DNA from: Flavobacteriales bacterium
GTDB lineage: Bacteria > Bacteroidota > Bacteroidia > M30B66
Length of the DNA: 64,000 nucleotides
Direction: 5' to 3'
Assembly (NCBI GenBank): GCA_040403315.1
Contig: JBBAKX010000002.1
Location: 377,944 to 441,943, forward strand
The position numbers were made by a program, and so were the translations under genes. The notes under the pieces were generated by a model that saw nothing but the letters and a program-made list of their open reading frames with translations, was not told the origin of the DNA and made no database searches. Positions 9,243 through 19,137 of this stretch are shown here, in pieces (position 1 is the first letter of the stretch; the number at the start of each line of letters is the position of its first letter).

Positions 9243-11945
9243 TTATTTATGCACAGAAAAATAGAAGGTACTGCCTTCGCCTAAAATGCTTTCAACCCAA
9301 ATTTCACCTTGGTGTTTTTCCGCAATCTTTTTGCAAACTGCTAACCCAATACCAGTTCCAGAGAATTCGTTTTTGTTGTGTAGACGCTTAAATGGCAAGT
9401 AAATTAAATCGTATTGTCGAGAATCAATACCGATTCCATTGTCTTTCACACTGAAAATATGATGGGTAAATGTATCCTCATAATTGATTCGTATTTCCGG
9501 TCTCGATTTATCGTTATATTTAATTGCATTTGAAAGCAAATTGTCGATTATCTGCTGCAATAAAGATCTGATTCCTCGAATTTTAGGCAACTCACTCACA
9601 TATACTTTGGCATCTCGCTCTCGAATCATTTGTTGATAAACCTGCAAAGCATCATGCACAATATCCATCATACTTATTTCAACAAAATCCTCCTCAGTAG
9701 TACCAACCCTCGAATAAGTAAGCAAATCTTGAATAAGGCGTTTCATCCGATTGGCACCATCGATGGCAAAACCAACATATTGTTCGGTTCTTTCCGTCAT
9801 GGATATTTCCTTGCTATCCAACAATAGCTGCATAAATGAAGAAATCATCCTCAATGGCTCTTGCAAATCGTGCGAAACGATATATGCAAACTGCTCTAAC
9901 TCTTTGTTGAAACCTAGAAGCTGTTGAGCCCTGTGTTGCAAAGCATCATTTAATTGAATCAATGTTGCTTCACTTTGCTTTAAAGCAGTTATGTCTTGCA
10001 TTGTACCAATCATTCGAAGGGCATTTCCTTTGTCGTCGTAAAGAAAAATGCCTCGGTCGAGGATGTATTTATAAGTTCCGTCGGCACACAGATACTGATA
10101 TTCATCAATCCAATAACGCTCTTTCTTGAGCATCCTAGCTTGAAGATTATTCATAACCCGCTCCTTGTCGACGGGGTGTATAAAATCTTCCCAATTGTTA
10201 ATCCTCGACAAACCTGGCGCTTCTATGTGCCCAAACAATCTGCTAAATGAGTCTCCCCAATCAATAATGTCTTGTTTGATATCCCAATCGTAAATAGCGT
10301 CGTTTGTTGCTTGTCGGAGCAAACGAAACTTTTCATTCTGACTGCGGAGTTCTTCGTCGTATAAAACCCTAAGGGTTAAATCTTTACCTGCCGCATAAAC
10401 GATTCCATCTTGGTTATTTAAACTCAACGACCATTCGAGCCAGAATTTTTTACCATTTAAATCCACCACAACGTTCTCAAAGCGCGATACATCATTCGCT
10501 TGAAGATTCTGAAAAGCCGTCAAACTGACTTCTACATAACTATCATCAACCCAATCAAAAAATGAGGTGCCAACAAGCTCTTCGCCGGATTTACCCAAGA
10601 TTTCTGAGAAACGTTGATTCACTTTATAAAACTTCCCGCTTCGATCGAGAATACAAAGCAGATCGGGAACCAACTGGAAAATTTGCCTAGATTCCAAAGA
10701 AATTCGTTTACTTTCAATGAAGGAACCTAGTCTTAATGCCAATTCACGGAGCAATCGAATCACTTTTAGCTCTTCGGCCAATTGTGATCCTGAAAAGAAC
10801 ATTAAGGTAGCAACTTGCTCTTCAGCAAATTCAACAGGAATAGCGAAGCCAACCGTTAATCCTATTTCTCCGCAAACCTTTTTCCTGCTAAAATCGGGAT
10901 CCAGAAAAAGGTTGATTACCCTAATGGGCTCTTCTTTTCCAGATCGAGGATGTTCTTTAATAAACGTCAATTCAAGCGTACTTGAAAAGTCTCTAAATTT
11001 TAGATATTGAGGATTTTCAGGATAATGGGCTGCCATCAACCGCTCCTTGTTGTGCATATAATCTGGCAACCAGCATTCGCCCGCTGCAAGCTTCGTTTCT
11101 GCGCACAATGAAGCAAGCATAGCTGCCAAACCCTCTTTCAAATTGACAGAAGACTGAAATTGTGAAAGCAAGCGATTTACAATTTCGTTGGTTTGTTGCT
11201 CCACGATTTCATTGGTAACATCGTTGGCAAAGCAAACTGTACCAGCAACTTTTCCATCCTGATAAAAAGGATAACCATCAATTTGCCAATGCTGGATGCC
11301 ACCAAATCGTGAATGAATCGCTAACCTTATCTCCTGATGCAGGCCAGCAAGCGTTTTTTGAAAGGAAGCCTCAGCTTGTTGAATATCATCTCCTTGTAAA
11401 AGGATCGAAAAACCTGCATCTAACAACTTTTCGCAAGTTAGACCAGTCATCTGACAACACTTTTCATTTGCATAAATGAGTCGCCAATTGGTATTGAATG
11501 CAAAAACGATTTGCGGACTATTCTCTAACTCCAACGTAAAATCGCCATCCATAAAGGAATACCGAGGAATCGCTATACCTGAATTCGATTTCACATCTTG
11601 CTGCCAGAGGAAAAACAATTGTTGATTTATTCTGATAGGTTTCAGTTGGAAGGAGATCCAGAATTTCCGGTCTGATCTAGTTGAAACGAACAAATCGATT
11701 TCACTACTTTCTTCCTTTGTTAAAAGACCTTGAATCTTTTGAGAAATGGATGAATCAGATTGAATACCTAAAAATTCATCTAATTGCTCAAGTGGTTGAT
11801 CCCTTTCAAGGAGGCTTAAAAAAGCACTATTGGAATAAAGTAAATAACCTGCTTTCTCTGCTGTATGCGCAGTCGTTAAAAAAACAGGCAAATTCAAATG
11901 ATCGGCCAGCGCATGAAATAAATCGGTTGAAATTGCTTGATTCAT
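9243..11945 (-). CDS. Multi-PAS/GAF sensor histidine kinase
   Basis: PAS/PAC repeats, GAF-like segment, SHDLQEPLR H-box, NLLSNAIKY, DNGIGID, GTGIGLA. Confidence 0.92.
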   Translation of the reverse strand: MNQAISTDLFHALADHLNLPVFLTTAHTAEKAGYLLYSNSAFLSLLERDQPLEQLDEFLGIQSDSSISQKIQGLLTKEESSEIDLFVSTRSDRKFWISFQLKPIRINQQLFFLWQQDVKSNSGIAIPRYSFMDGDFTLELENSPQIVFAFNTNWRLIYANEKCCQMTGLTCEKLLDAGFSILLQGDDIQQAEASFQKTLAGLHQEIRLAIHSRFGGIQHWQIDGYPFYQDGKVAGTVCFANDVTNEIVEQQTNEIVNRLLSQFQSSVNLKEGLAAMLASLCAETKLAAGECWLPDYMHNKERLMAAHYPENPQYLKFRDFSSTLELTFIKEHPRSGKEEPIRVINLFLDPDFSRKKVCGEIGLTVGFAIPVEFAEEQVATLMFFSGSQLAEELKVIRLLRELALRLGSFIESKRISLESRQIFQLVPDLLCILDRSGKFYKVNQRFSEILGKSGEELVGTSFFDWVDDSYVEVSLTAFQNLQANDVSRFENVVVDLNGKKFWLEWSLSLNNQDGIVYAAGKDLTLRVLYDEELRSQNEKFRLLRQATNDAIYDWDIKQDIIDWGDSFSRLFGHIEAPGLSRINNWEDFIHPVDKERVMNNLQARMLKKERYWIDEYQYLCADGTYKYILDRGIFLYDDKGNALRMIGTMQDITALKQSEATLIQLNDALQHRAQQLLGFNKELEQFAYIVSHDLQEPLRMISSFMQLLLDSKEISMTERTEQYVGFAIDGANRMKRLIQDLLTYSRVGTTEEDFVEISMMDIVHDALQVYQQMIRERDAKVYVSELPKIRGIRSLLQQIIDNLLSNAIKYNDKSRPEIRINYEDTFTHHIFSVKDNGIGIDSRQYDLIYLPFKRLHNKNEFSGTGIGLAVCKKIAEKHQGEIWVESILGEGSTFYFSVHK

Positions 11946-12332
11946 TTAATTCAGCCTGTTTTGATCATTTTCGTCCTCTTCGTTTTTCTGATTGGTGCCG
12001 AGCATGTTGTTGAGTAAAGAATTAATCAAGGATAAAATAACACTGAATAAAAATGCCCACCAGAAGTTTGCTACAAAAAAATCTTCGAGCATATAATCGG
12101 CAATCAAAATAATCATTCCATTGATGACCAAAAGGAACAAACCGAATGTAAAAATTGTAACTGGAATTGTTAGAATGAGAAGAATCGGTTTCAGAAAAGT
12201 ATTCAAAAACGATAAAACCAAGGCAACTATCAATGCTGCTGGAACGCCAGAAATTTTTACACCTGATAATAATTCAGCCGTAATGAGCACAGACAGAGCA
12301 GATACGAGTATTCTAACAAACCAATTCTTCAT
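11946..12332 (-). CDS. YvlD/DUF360 ('phage holin family 4') membrane protein
   Basis: 4 TM; NTFLKPILLILTIPVTIFTFGLFLLVING. Confidence 0.85.
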   Translation of the reverse strand: MKNWFVRILVSALSVLITAELLSGVKISGVPAALIVALVLSFLNTFLKPILLILTIPVTIFTFGLFLLVINGMIILIADYMLEDFFVANFWWAFLFSVILSLINSLLNNMLGTNQKNEEDENDQNRLN

Positions 12333-12380
12333 GTTTTGAAATTGTTTCCGAAAATAGCGTTTTTCCTACATTTACAGCAG

Positions 12381-13532
12381 ATGAAACTTGTAACAATAAT
12401 TGGCGCCCGGCCACAGATCATAAAAGCTGCTGCATTGAGCAGAGCAGTAAGAAATTTTTCACATCTTGTAAAGGAGATCATCGTGCATACAGGGCAACAT
12501 TACGACCCGAATATGTCGGACGTGTTTATCCGTGAACTCGGCATTCCTGAGCCCGATTACAATCTAGGCGTAGGTTCTGGCAGTCATGGGCGGCAAACTG
12601 CATCGATGCTTTCGGGAATTGAAGAAATTCTTTTAACCGAGAAACCTGATTGGTTGGTAGTTTATGGCGACACCAATTCTACCCTTGCCGCAGCTATTGC
12701 AGGTTCGAAGATCCACGTTCCAGTTGCACATATCGAAGCTGGTTTACGCTCTTACAACAAACAAATGCCTGAAGAAATCAATCGGATTTTATGCGATCAT
12801 GTTTCTACTTTGCTCTTCTCCCCCACTTCAGCAGGATTCATAAATCTAAAAAAAGAAGGGTTTAAGGAAAATGTGTCACCCTTTACTTTCGACAATCCAG
12901 GGATCTTCCATTGTGGAGATCTGATGTACGACAACAGTTTGTTTTTTGCCGATCAAGCTGGCGAATTAACTGATATTGCTGAGCGTTTGGAATTAAAAAC
13001 ATCGAAATATATTCTGGCAACAATCCACAGAAATAACAACACCGACGATCCTATTCGACTCAACGCATTGCTAGAAACATTATCGGATTTGGCGAGTATA
13101 AACGGATTGAGAATCATTCTTCCATTGCATCCACGCACCCGAAAAATGATGGACCAATTTCTTACCGATGAAGTGAAATTAAAAATTGCTAAACCACACT
13201 TCTTGGTAATCGAACCTGCATCTTTTCTAGAAATGATTGTTTTAGAACAACAAGCAGAGCTAGTAATTACAGATTCGGGCGGAGTTCAGAAAGAGGCATA
13301 CTATTTCAAAAAACCGTGCATTATTCTTCGACCAGAAACCGAATGGGTTGAATTGGTTGAAAATGGCTGTGCTAAAATTTGTGATGCGGATCCAGTAAAA
13401 ATCAGAAAAGCCTATGATGATCTGAGCAAAATAACACTGGATTATCCTCCTGTTTTTGGAGATGGAAAAGCAGCAGAATTTATCCTTGAAAAGCTTTGGG
13501 AACATCGATTGAAAAAGGAAAATAATTTATAA
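12381..13532 (+). CDS. wecB: UDP-N-acetylglucosamine 2-epimerase (non-hydrolysing; WecB/WbpI type)
   Basis: GARPQIIK, HTGQHYD, GDTNST, HIEAGLRS, PEEINR, TDSGGVQKEA. Start set at ATG 12381. Confidence 0.92.
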   Translation: MKLVTIIGARPQIIKAAALSRAVRNFSHLVKEIIVHTGQHYDPNMSDVFIRELGIPEPDYNLGVGSGSHGRQTASMLSGIEEILLTEKPDWLVVYGDTNSTLAAAIAGSKIHVPVAHIEAGLRSYNKQMPEEINRILCDHVSTLLFSPTSAGFINLKKEGFKENVSPFTFDNPGIFHCGDLMYDNSLFFADQAGELTDIAERLELKTSKYILATIHRNNNTDDPIRLNALLETLSDLASINGLRIILPLHPRTRKMMDQFLTDEVKLKIAKPHFLVIEPASFLEMIVLEQQAELVITDSGGVQKEAYYFKKPCIILRPETEWVELVENGCAKICDADPVKIRKAYDDLSKITLDYPPVFGDGKAAEFILEKLWEHRLKKENNL

Positions 13533-13541
13533 AATACCCAA

Positions 13542-14852
13542 ATGGTACTGATTTTCACTAAAAGAATTACGTCTAGAAATAAGTTCACTTTTAAGCTTAT
13601 TCTGTTGGATATTCTTGGCCTTGATTATCAGCTAACCAGCAATAAACAAGAGTTTGAGCGTTTTAGTGGGCCAAAATTCAGCTATTGTAGGCAAACAATG
13701 GGTGAAGAATTGTTTTTCCAATCTACCGGATTGCTTTTTGAAACAGGCATAGTTGTTCAAGAGCTTCAAAGTTTAAATTGGAAAGGCCTAAACGTATTTT
13801 ATCCAACCCACAAAAATTCGGCGCTACCATTTGATCCATTTGCAGCTTCGTTTCTATTGGTGAGCAGATACGAAGAATACCTCCCACATATCAAAGACAA
13901 ACATGGTCGATTTGCAGCTCATCAAAGTTTAGCCTATCAACACAATTTTTTAGATACACCAGTTGTAAACCAATGGGCGCTAGAGATTCTATCGATTCTT
14001 GAAAATCGATTTGGGAAACTTCAACGAAAAGCTCCTCATTACTCCTTCTTGCCAACCATCGACATTGACAATGCTTGGGCTTTTCAACACAAAGGATTTA
14101 TTCGGGCGGGTGCTGGCTTGATTGCTGATCTGATCAACCTTAAGTTTCAACATTTCAGCCAAAGGTTGTTGGTATTGTGTAGATTACAACAAGACCCCTA
14201 CGATACTTACGACTATCAGCTTGAATTAATCGAAAAGTACAAACTAAATACGATCTTTTTTTTTCTGCTTGGAAATTATGCTACTTTTGATCGAAACGTT
14301 CCTTACCAGAACAAACATATGCAGTCGCTGATAAAATTTATAGCTGATATTGGAGAAATTGGAATCCATCCATCCTATGCATCAAACGGTGCATCGCCAA
14401 TATTACTGCAGGAGGTACACCGACTTTCAGGCATACTTCATCAAGAAATACATAACAGTAGACAACATTTTTTAAAACTAAATCTTCCTCAAACTTACCA
14501 CCGCTTAATTGAGTGCGATATAACGGACGACTACACAATGGGTTATGCCGAATTACCTGGATTTCGCGCCAGTATTGCAAGTCCGTTCTTTTTTTATGAT
14601 CTAGACCTAGAAGTTGAGACTTCATTGAAGATTCATCCTTTTGCAATTATGGATGGCACATTGAAAGACTATTTAAAAATTGAACCCAATCAGGCAGCAG
14701 AAATTATTGATCCTTTAATTCAGAAGGTTAAAGCCGTTGATGGCACTTTTATATCGGTTTGGCACAATGAATCATTTGCTGAAAATGAGCGTTGGAAAGG
14801 TTGGAGGAGGGTGTATGAGGACCTGATAGAAAAGGCGCTACCTTCTAACTAA
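13542..14852 (+). CDS. Polysaccharide deacetylase-like (DUF7033) protein
   Basis: SRYEEY, TIDIDNA, GIHPSY, RQHFL, DYTMGYA..GFRA, VWHN. Confidence 0.8.
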   Translation: MVLIFTKRITSRNKFTFKLILLDILGLDYQLTSNKQEFERFSGPKFSYCRQTMGEELFFQSTGLLFETGIVVQELQSLNWKGLNVFYPTHKNSALPFDPFAASFLLVSRYEEYLPHIKDKHGRFAAHQSLAYQHNFLDTPVVNQWALEILSILENRFGKLQRKAPHYSFLPTIDIDNAWAFQHKGFIRAGAGLIADLINLKFQHFSQRLLVLCRLQQDPYDTYDYQLELIEKYKLNTIFFFLLGNYATFDRNVPYQNKHMQSLIKFIADIGEIGIHPSYASNGASPILLQEVHRLSGILHQEIHNSRQHFLKLNLPQTYHRLIECDITDDYTMGYAELPGFRASIASPFFFYDLDLEVETSLKIHPFAIMDGTLKDYLKIEPNQAAEIIDPLIQKVKAVDGTFISVWHNESFAENERWKGWRRVYEDLIEKALPSN

Positions 14853-14861
14853 AATTATTCT

Positions 14862-15794
14862 ATGAGTTCTAAAATCAAATTACAATTTCTTAAATATGAT
14901 CAAATTAACCGAATCAAATGGGATGAGGTTTTATTGCAAATGCCCAACAGCTTGCCCTATGCTGCTTCTTGGTACCTAGATGCAGTTACAGGTGATCAAT
15001 GGGATGCTTTGATTTCTCCAGATTACAATTATTTAATGCCTTTACCATCTAAAAAAAAATTAGGCAATCGGTATTTACCTACACCATTGTTCGTTCAACA
15101 ATTAGGGATTTTTTCGAACAATGATTGCGATGAAAATACTTGCAACCAATTCATCAACCAAATAAAAGCGAATTACAAACTGATTGAATTTAATTTTAAT
15201 CACTTCAATAAAATTCAAGAAAGTTCGAATTATAGTTTGAGAGAACGCTGCAATATGATTCTCCATTTGCCTAGCGATAGGCAGCTTGCCGCAAAACAAT
15301 TTTCAGACAACATTAAAAGAAATATTCAAAAATCAGTTGGAAATCAATTGAGATTTGGCACTACTTCAATCAGATCTATTATAAACCTCTTTCAAGAAAA
15401 CAAAGAGGCAACCATTGAAAATTGGAAAGTCGAAAACTACGATATCCTAGAATGCTTATACCATATGAGTGCGCTTCGCGGATATGGAAAAGCTTTCGGA
15501 ATGTACAATACAAATGGGCAACTGCTCTGCGGAGCATTTTTCATGGAATGGAAAAACCGTTCGATCTTTTTGTTTTCGGGAAACTCGGAAGAAGGAAAAC
15601 AAACAGGTGCAATGGCGGCTTTGATTGATGGATATATTCGGGAATGTCGACCTGAAATCGAAATACTTGATTTCGAAGGATCTGATAATCAAGGCTTGAA
15701 AAGGTTTTATCAAAGTTTTGGCGCTATTGAAGCGAACTATGTACATTTGAAGCTTAATCGCCTACCGTTTTTTCTGCGCTGGCTCAAGAAATAA
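14862..15794 (+). CDS. GNAT/FemAB-like acyltransferase
   Basis: QQLG motif; C-terminal LDFEGSDNQGLKRFYQSFGA. Confidence 0.75.
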   Translation: MSSKIKLQFLKYDQINRIKWDEVLLQMPNSLPYAASWYLDAVTGDQWDALISPDYNYLMPLPSKKKLGNRYLPTPLFVQQLGIFSNNDCDENTCNQFINQIKANYKLIEFNFNHFNKIQESSNYSLRERCNMILHLPSDRQLAAKQFSDNIKRNIQKSVGNQLRFGTTSIRSIINLFQENKEATIENWKVENYDILECLYHMSALRGYGKAFGMYNTNGQLLCGAFFMEWKNRSIFLFSGNSEEGKQTGAMAALIDGYIRECRPEIEILDFEGSDNQGLKRFYQSFGAIEANYVHLKLNRLPFFLRWLKK

Positions 15795-15797
15795 TTC

Positions 15798-16445
15798 ATG
15801 GTACATATTCTTCACAATACGAACTCTATTGCGAACGTATTCCTTGCTGAGCTGCGTGATCAGGAGATTCAAAAAGACTCTTTACGCTTCAGAAGAAACC
15901 TCGAAAGGTTGGGAGAAATTATGGCTTATGAAATCAGCAAGACGCTCGATTATAAGCCTGTAGAAGTTACCACTCCACTTGGCGTTGCCGAAACTCACCT
16001 GCTTTCAGAACAACCTGTTGTAGCCACAATTTTACGTGCCGGCTTGCCCGTTCATCAAGGCATTCTAAATGTATTCGACAGAGCAGAAAATGCATTCATT
16101 TCTGCTTACCGCAAACACCATAAAGACGGTACATTCGAAATCAAAGTTGAGTATTTGAGCAGTCCGAATTTAGAAGATAAAGTATTGATACTTTGTGATC
16201 CGATGCTTGCCACCGGACAATCGATGTACCTTACATACAAAGCGATTTTAGCAATGGGGAAACCTAAGCATGTGCACATTGTTAGCTTAATTTCTTCGAT
16301 GGAAGGTCTAGAATATGTAAAGAGCCGTTTCCCTGAAAATGTTACCATTTGGCTTGGAGCTGTTGATGATGAATTAACAGTAAAATCCTATATCGTTCCT
16401 GGTTTGGGCGATGCAGGTGACCTTGCTTACGGCGTCAAGATTTAA
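15798..16445 (+). CDS. upp: Uracil phosphoribosyltransferase
   Basis: ILRAG, DPMLATGQS, YIVPGLGDAGDLAYG. Confidence 0.96.
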   Translation: MVHILHNTNSIANVFLAELRDQEIQKDSLRFRRNLERLGEIMAYEISKTLDYKPVEVTTPLGVAETHLLSEQPVVATILRAGLPVHQGILNVFDRAENAFISAYRKHHKDGTFEIKVEYLSSPNLEDKVLILCDPMLATGQSMYLTYKAILAMGKPKHVHIVSLISSMEGLEYVKSRFPENVTIWLGAVDDELTVKSYIVPGLGDAGDLAYGVKI

Positions 16446-16449
16446 GACT

Positions 16450-16902
16450 GTGATTTTCAAAATCATCCCAATTTTCCTGCTCTGTATGGTGAAATTTGTG
16501 GTTGGTGTTCCTGCATTGTACGCCGCTACCAAATGGGGATTCTTGCCGATGTTTATTGTATCATCAGCAGCTGGAATTTGCGGAGTTGTTGCATTTCTGT
16601 TTTTTGAGCAGTGGATTTTCAAGGCTTGGGATTGGTTAAGAATGAAGTATTTTCCACCGAAAGGCCTTCCGCAAAAGAAGAAGCTCTTTACCAAGAAAAA
16701 TAGAATATTGGTGAAGATTCTCAGTTCATATGGACTTCCGGGTATCGCATTCATCACACCAACAATTATTTCGATACCAGTTGGAAGCATCCTCGCTGGT
16801 AGATTATTTACCAACAATAAAAAAGTGTTTTTGTATTTATCGGTGTCGGTAATTTTATGGTCGGCAGTACTTTCAGGACTTCTCACCCTTGGCAATAAAT
16901 GA
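16450..16902 (+). CDS. Hypothetical membrane protein (small multidrug-export-like)
   Basis: Hydrophobic ORF, YGLPGIAFITPTIISIPVG; GTG start at 16450 chosen to avoid overlap with upp; ATGA overlap with next gene. Confidence 0.65.
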   Translation: MIFKIIPIFLLCMVKFVVGVPALYAATKWGFLPMFIVSSAAGICGVVAFLFFEQWIFKAWDWLRMKYFPPKGLPQKKKLFTKKNRILVKILSSYGLPGIAFITPTIISIPVGSILAGRLFTNNKKVFLYLSVSVILWSAVLSGLLTLGNK

Positions 16903-17591
16903 ACAAGAAGAACCCATTCAAGCACATTTTCTTCGACCTAGATCGAACCTTGTGGGATTACGACCAAAATGTTAGGGATGCCCTAAACGATCTGTATATC
17001 GAATTTCTGGAAGGAAAGGTGGTAGGTGATGTCGATACATTTATTCGCGTTTTTCTTTTCGAGAATGGGCGTTTGTGGGAACAGTTTACTGCCAATGAAA
17101 TCGACAAGAAATACCTAAGAGACCATCGTTTTTTACTCACATTGAGACGGATGGGATTACCTGATAAACAATTAGGACTTGAACTAGAAGAAGCTTACAT
17201 GGCAACTACTCCTGCCAAGCAAAAGTTGATTCCTGGAGTGCACGAATCGCTTAAATATTTGCAGCAAAAATATGACCTGCATATTATCACCAATGGCTTC
17301 GAGGATGCCCAACAATTTAAATTGTCTAATTCTGGCATCCGCGATTATTTCAGTCATATTGTAACAAGCGATACAGCCGGAGCTACAAAGCCTAATCGGG
17401 AAATTTTCCTTTATTCGGAACGCGTTACAGGCGCTCGCCCTGAAGAATGCTTAATGATAGGAGATGATGAAAGAGCGGATGTTTTTGGCGCTCAGAAAGC
17501 TGGCTGGAAGGCGATACATTTTGACCCTTTTGGAAATGAAAATTCTGAAACAAAAGTTTCGGACCTGCTGGAGCTTACAAAGAATCTTTGA
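16899..17591 (+). CDS. yjjG: YjjG-family HAD pyrimidine 5'-nucleotidase
   Basis: FFDLDRTLWD, ITNGF, KP..EIF, MIGDD...DVFGA. Confidence 0.88.
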   Translation: MNKKNPFKHIFFDLDRTLWDYDQNVRDALNDLYIEFLEGKVVGDVDTFIRVFLFENGRLWEQFTANEIDKKYLRDHRFLLTLRRMGLPDKQLGLELEEAYMATTPAKQKLIPGVHESLKYLQQKYDLHIITNGFEDAQQFKLSNSGIRDYFSHIVTSDTAGATKPNREIFLYSERVTGARPEECLMIGDDERADVFGAQKAGWKAIHFDPFGNENSETKVSDLLELTKNL

Positions 17592-17605
17592 TTCCTATTT
17601 AGCAC

Positions 17606-17641
17606 AAAAAAAGCCCGACTCTCTGAAGAATCGGGCTTTTT
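17606..17641. terminator. Bidirectional intrinsic terminator
   Basis: AAAAAAAGCCCGA...TCGGGCTTTTT between convergent genes. Confidence 0.85.
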
Positions 17642-17658
17642 AAATAGTTGATTAGAAA

Positions 17659-17976
17659 TTACTTCTTGTCGCCTGAGCAACTTTTTGCAGCTCCACCTTT
17701 GCTGCAGCAAGATTTTGCTGCTGGTGTTGCTCCTCCGTTACCTGTTTCTGAAGTTTTTTCTCCTTTTGCTTCTGTAGTTGTAGCTGATCCACAAGATTTT
17801 GCTGCATCAGATGAGCAGCAGCCTTTCTTGTCTTTGCTTTTTTTCTTGTCTTTGTCTTTATCCTTGTCTTTATCGACAGAAACAAATTCAACGTTAGAAT
17901 TGAATGATGATGCAGCTACAGCAACAGTTCCAAAAGAGAAAGTTGCGAGGCAAAGGATTGCAAATATTTTTTTCAT
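17659..17976 (-). CDS. Small secreted Lys/Asp- and Cys-rich protein
   Basis: Signal peptide MKKIFAILCLATFSFG..., (DK)n tract, two CC..AAKSC motifs; followed directly by a terminator. Confidence 0.75.
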   Translation of the reverse strand: MKKIFAILCLATFSFGTVAVAASSFNSNVEFVSVDKDKDKDKDKKKSKDKKGCCSSDAAKSCGSATTTEAKGEKTSETGNGGATPAAKSCCSKGGAAKSCSGDKK

Positions 17977-18025
17977 GTTGCTTTTTGTTTTAAGTACTCA
18001 ATACGGTAAAAATACAAACTTATTG

Positions 18026-18679
18026 TTAAAAATGAGCAATCTCTGTAATTCCTCCTTTAACAATATCTCCAAGCTTCACATTTACTTTAACATCGGTAGG
18101 TAAAATGATGTCTACACGCGAACCAAATTTTATAAAACCGAACTCTCCGCCTTGTTTGGCATCCTCTCCTACTTTACAATACGTAATAATTCTACGTGCC
18201 ACATAACCTGCAATTTGGCGAAGCATTACACTACGATTTCCATTTTCAACAACTACAGTACTTCGTTCGTTTTGCGTGGAAGATTTCGGATGACTCGCTA
18301 CCAAATACAGCCCTTCGTGGTATTTCACATAAGCAACTTTTCCAGAGATCGAATAACGATTGATGTGCACATTCAGAGGCGACATGAAAACCGAAATCAG
18401 CAATCGCTTCCCTTTGTAATATTCAGGTTCATCGATTTCTTCGATGGCTACAATTTTACCATCGGCAGGACAAAGTACATGACCATCACCAATATTTTGT
18501 TTCCTAGATGGATTTCTAAAGAATTGAAGTACCAGTAAGAAGATTACCAAGGTTGCAAAGAGTACAAAACCTCTTAAAGCAAGTGCATCGCCCATGAATT
18601 GAGCAAGCACTCCATTGATAATCAATATAATAACAGGTAGCCCAATGAGCATTCTATGCCCTTCGCGGTGAATCGTCAT
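18026..18679 (-). CDS. psd: Phosphatidylserine decarboxylase proenzyme
   Basis: FFRNP, PADG, FMSPLNVH, RQIAG, FGSRVD self-cleavage motif. Confidence 0.93.
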   Translation of the reverse strand: MTIHREGHRMLIGLPVIILIINGVLAQFMGDALALRGFVLFATLVIFLLVLQFFRNPSRKQNIGDGHVLCPADGKIVAIEEIDEPEYYKGKRLLISVFMSPLNVHINRYSISGKVAYVKYHEGLYLVASHPKSSTQNERSTVVVENGNRSVMLRQIAGYVARRIITYCKVGEDAKQGGEFGFIKFGSRVDIILPTDVKVNVKLGDIVKGGITEIAHF

Positions 18680-18699
18680 GAATGTAAAGCGTTAGATGT

Positions 18700-18728
18700 A
18701 AAGAAAACCAGCAGTTGAGCTGGCTTCA
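18700..18728 (-). terminator. Probable intrinsic terminator after ferredoxin
   Basis: Minus strand GCCAGC-TCAACT-GCTGGT followed by TTTCTTT. Confidence 0.5.
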
Positions 18729-18730
18729 CA

Positions 18731-19075
18731 TTATAGGTGCATGTAGTTTTTCTTCGCGAGAAGCTGCTCTTGCGTTTCACGGAAGTCTGGATCGTCGACA
18801 CAACAATCTACAGGACATACTGCTGCGCATTGCGGTTCATCGTGAAAACCTACACACTCGGTGCATTTATCAGTAACGATGTAGTACACATCCATTGCTT
18901 TAGGCGTGTTGACATTGTCTGCCTGGTAGCTTCCACTTGCGGCATTTACCTCACCTTTCAGTGATGTTCCGTCGGCAAAACGCCACTCGGTGCCACCTTC
19001 GTAAATAGCATTATTAGGACACTCGGGCTCACAAGCTCCGCAGTTGATGCACTCATCAGTAATCATGATTGCCAT
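18731..19075 (-). CDS. 2[4Fe-4S] ferredoxin (YfhL-like)
   Basis: [12 protein letters not shown] and [14 protein letters not shown]. Confidence 0.95.
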   Translation of the reverse strand: MAIMITDECINCGACEPECPNNAIYEGGTEWRFADGTSLKGEVNAASGSYQADNVNTPKAMDVYYIVTDKCTECVGFHDEPQCAAVCPVDCCVDDPDFRETQEQLLAKKNYMHL

Positions 19076-19137
19076 AACACATCAATTTTTTTAGGGTTAT
19101 TTTCGCGATGCAAAACTAAGTGATATTTGCAATCTAT

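Noticed and set aside
11946-12332. Prophage suggested by the 'phage holin family' protein
   Set aside because: The YvlD/DUF360 family is commonly chromosomal, and there are no phage genes nearby.
17648-18103. Plus-strand 151-aa ORF and alternative-frame 79-aa ORF
   Set aside because: They are shadows of the low-complexity 105-aa gene, which has the signal peptide and terminator.
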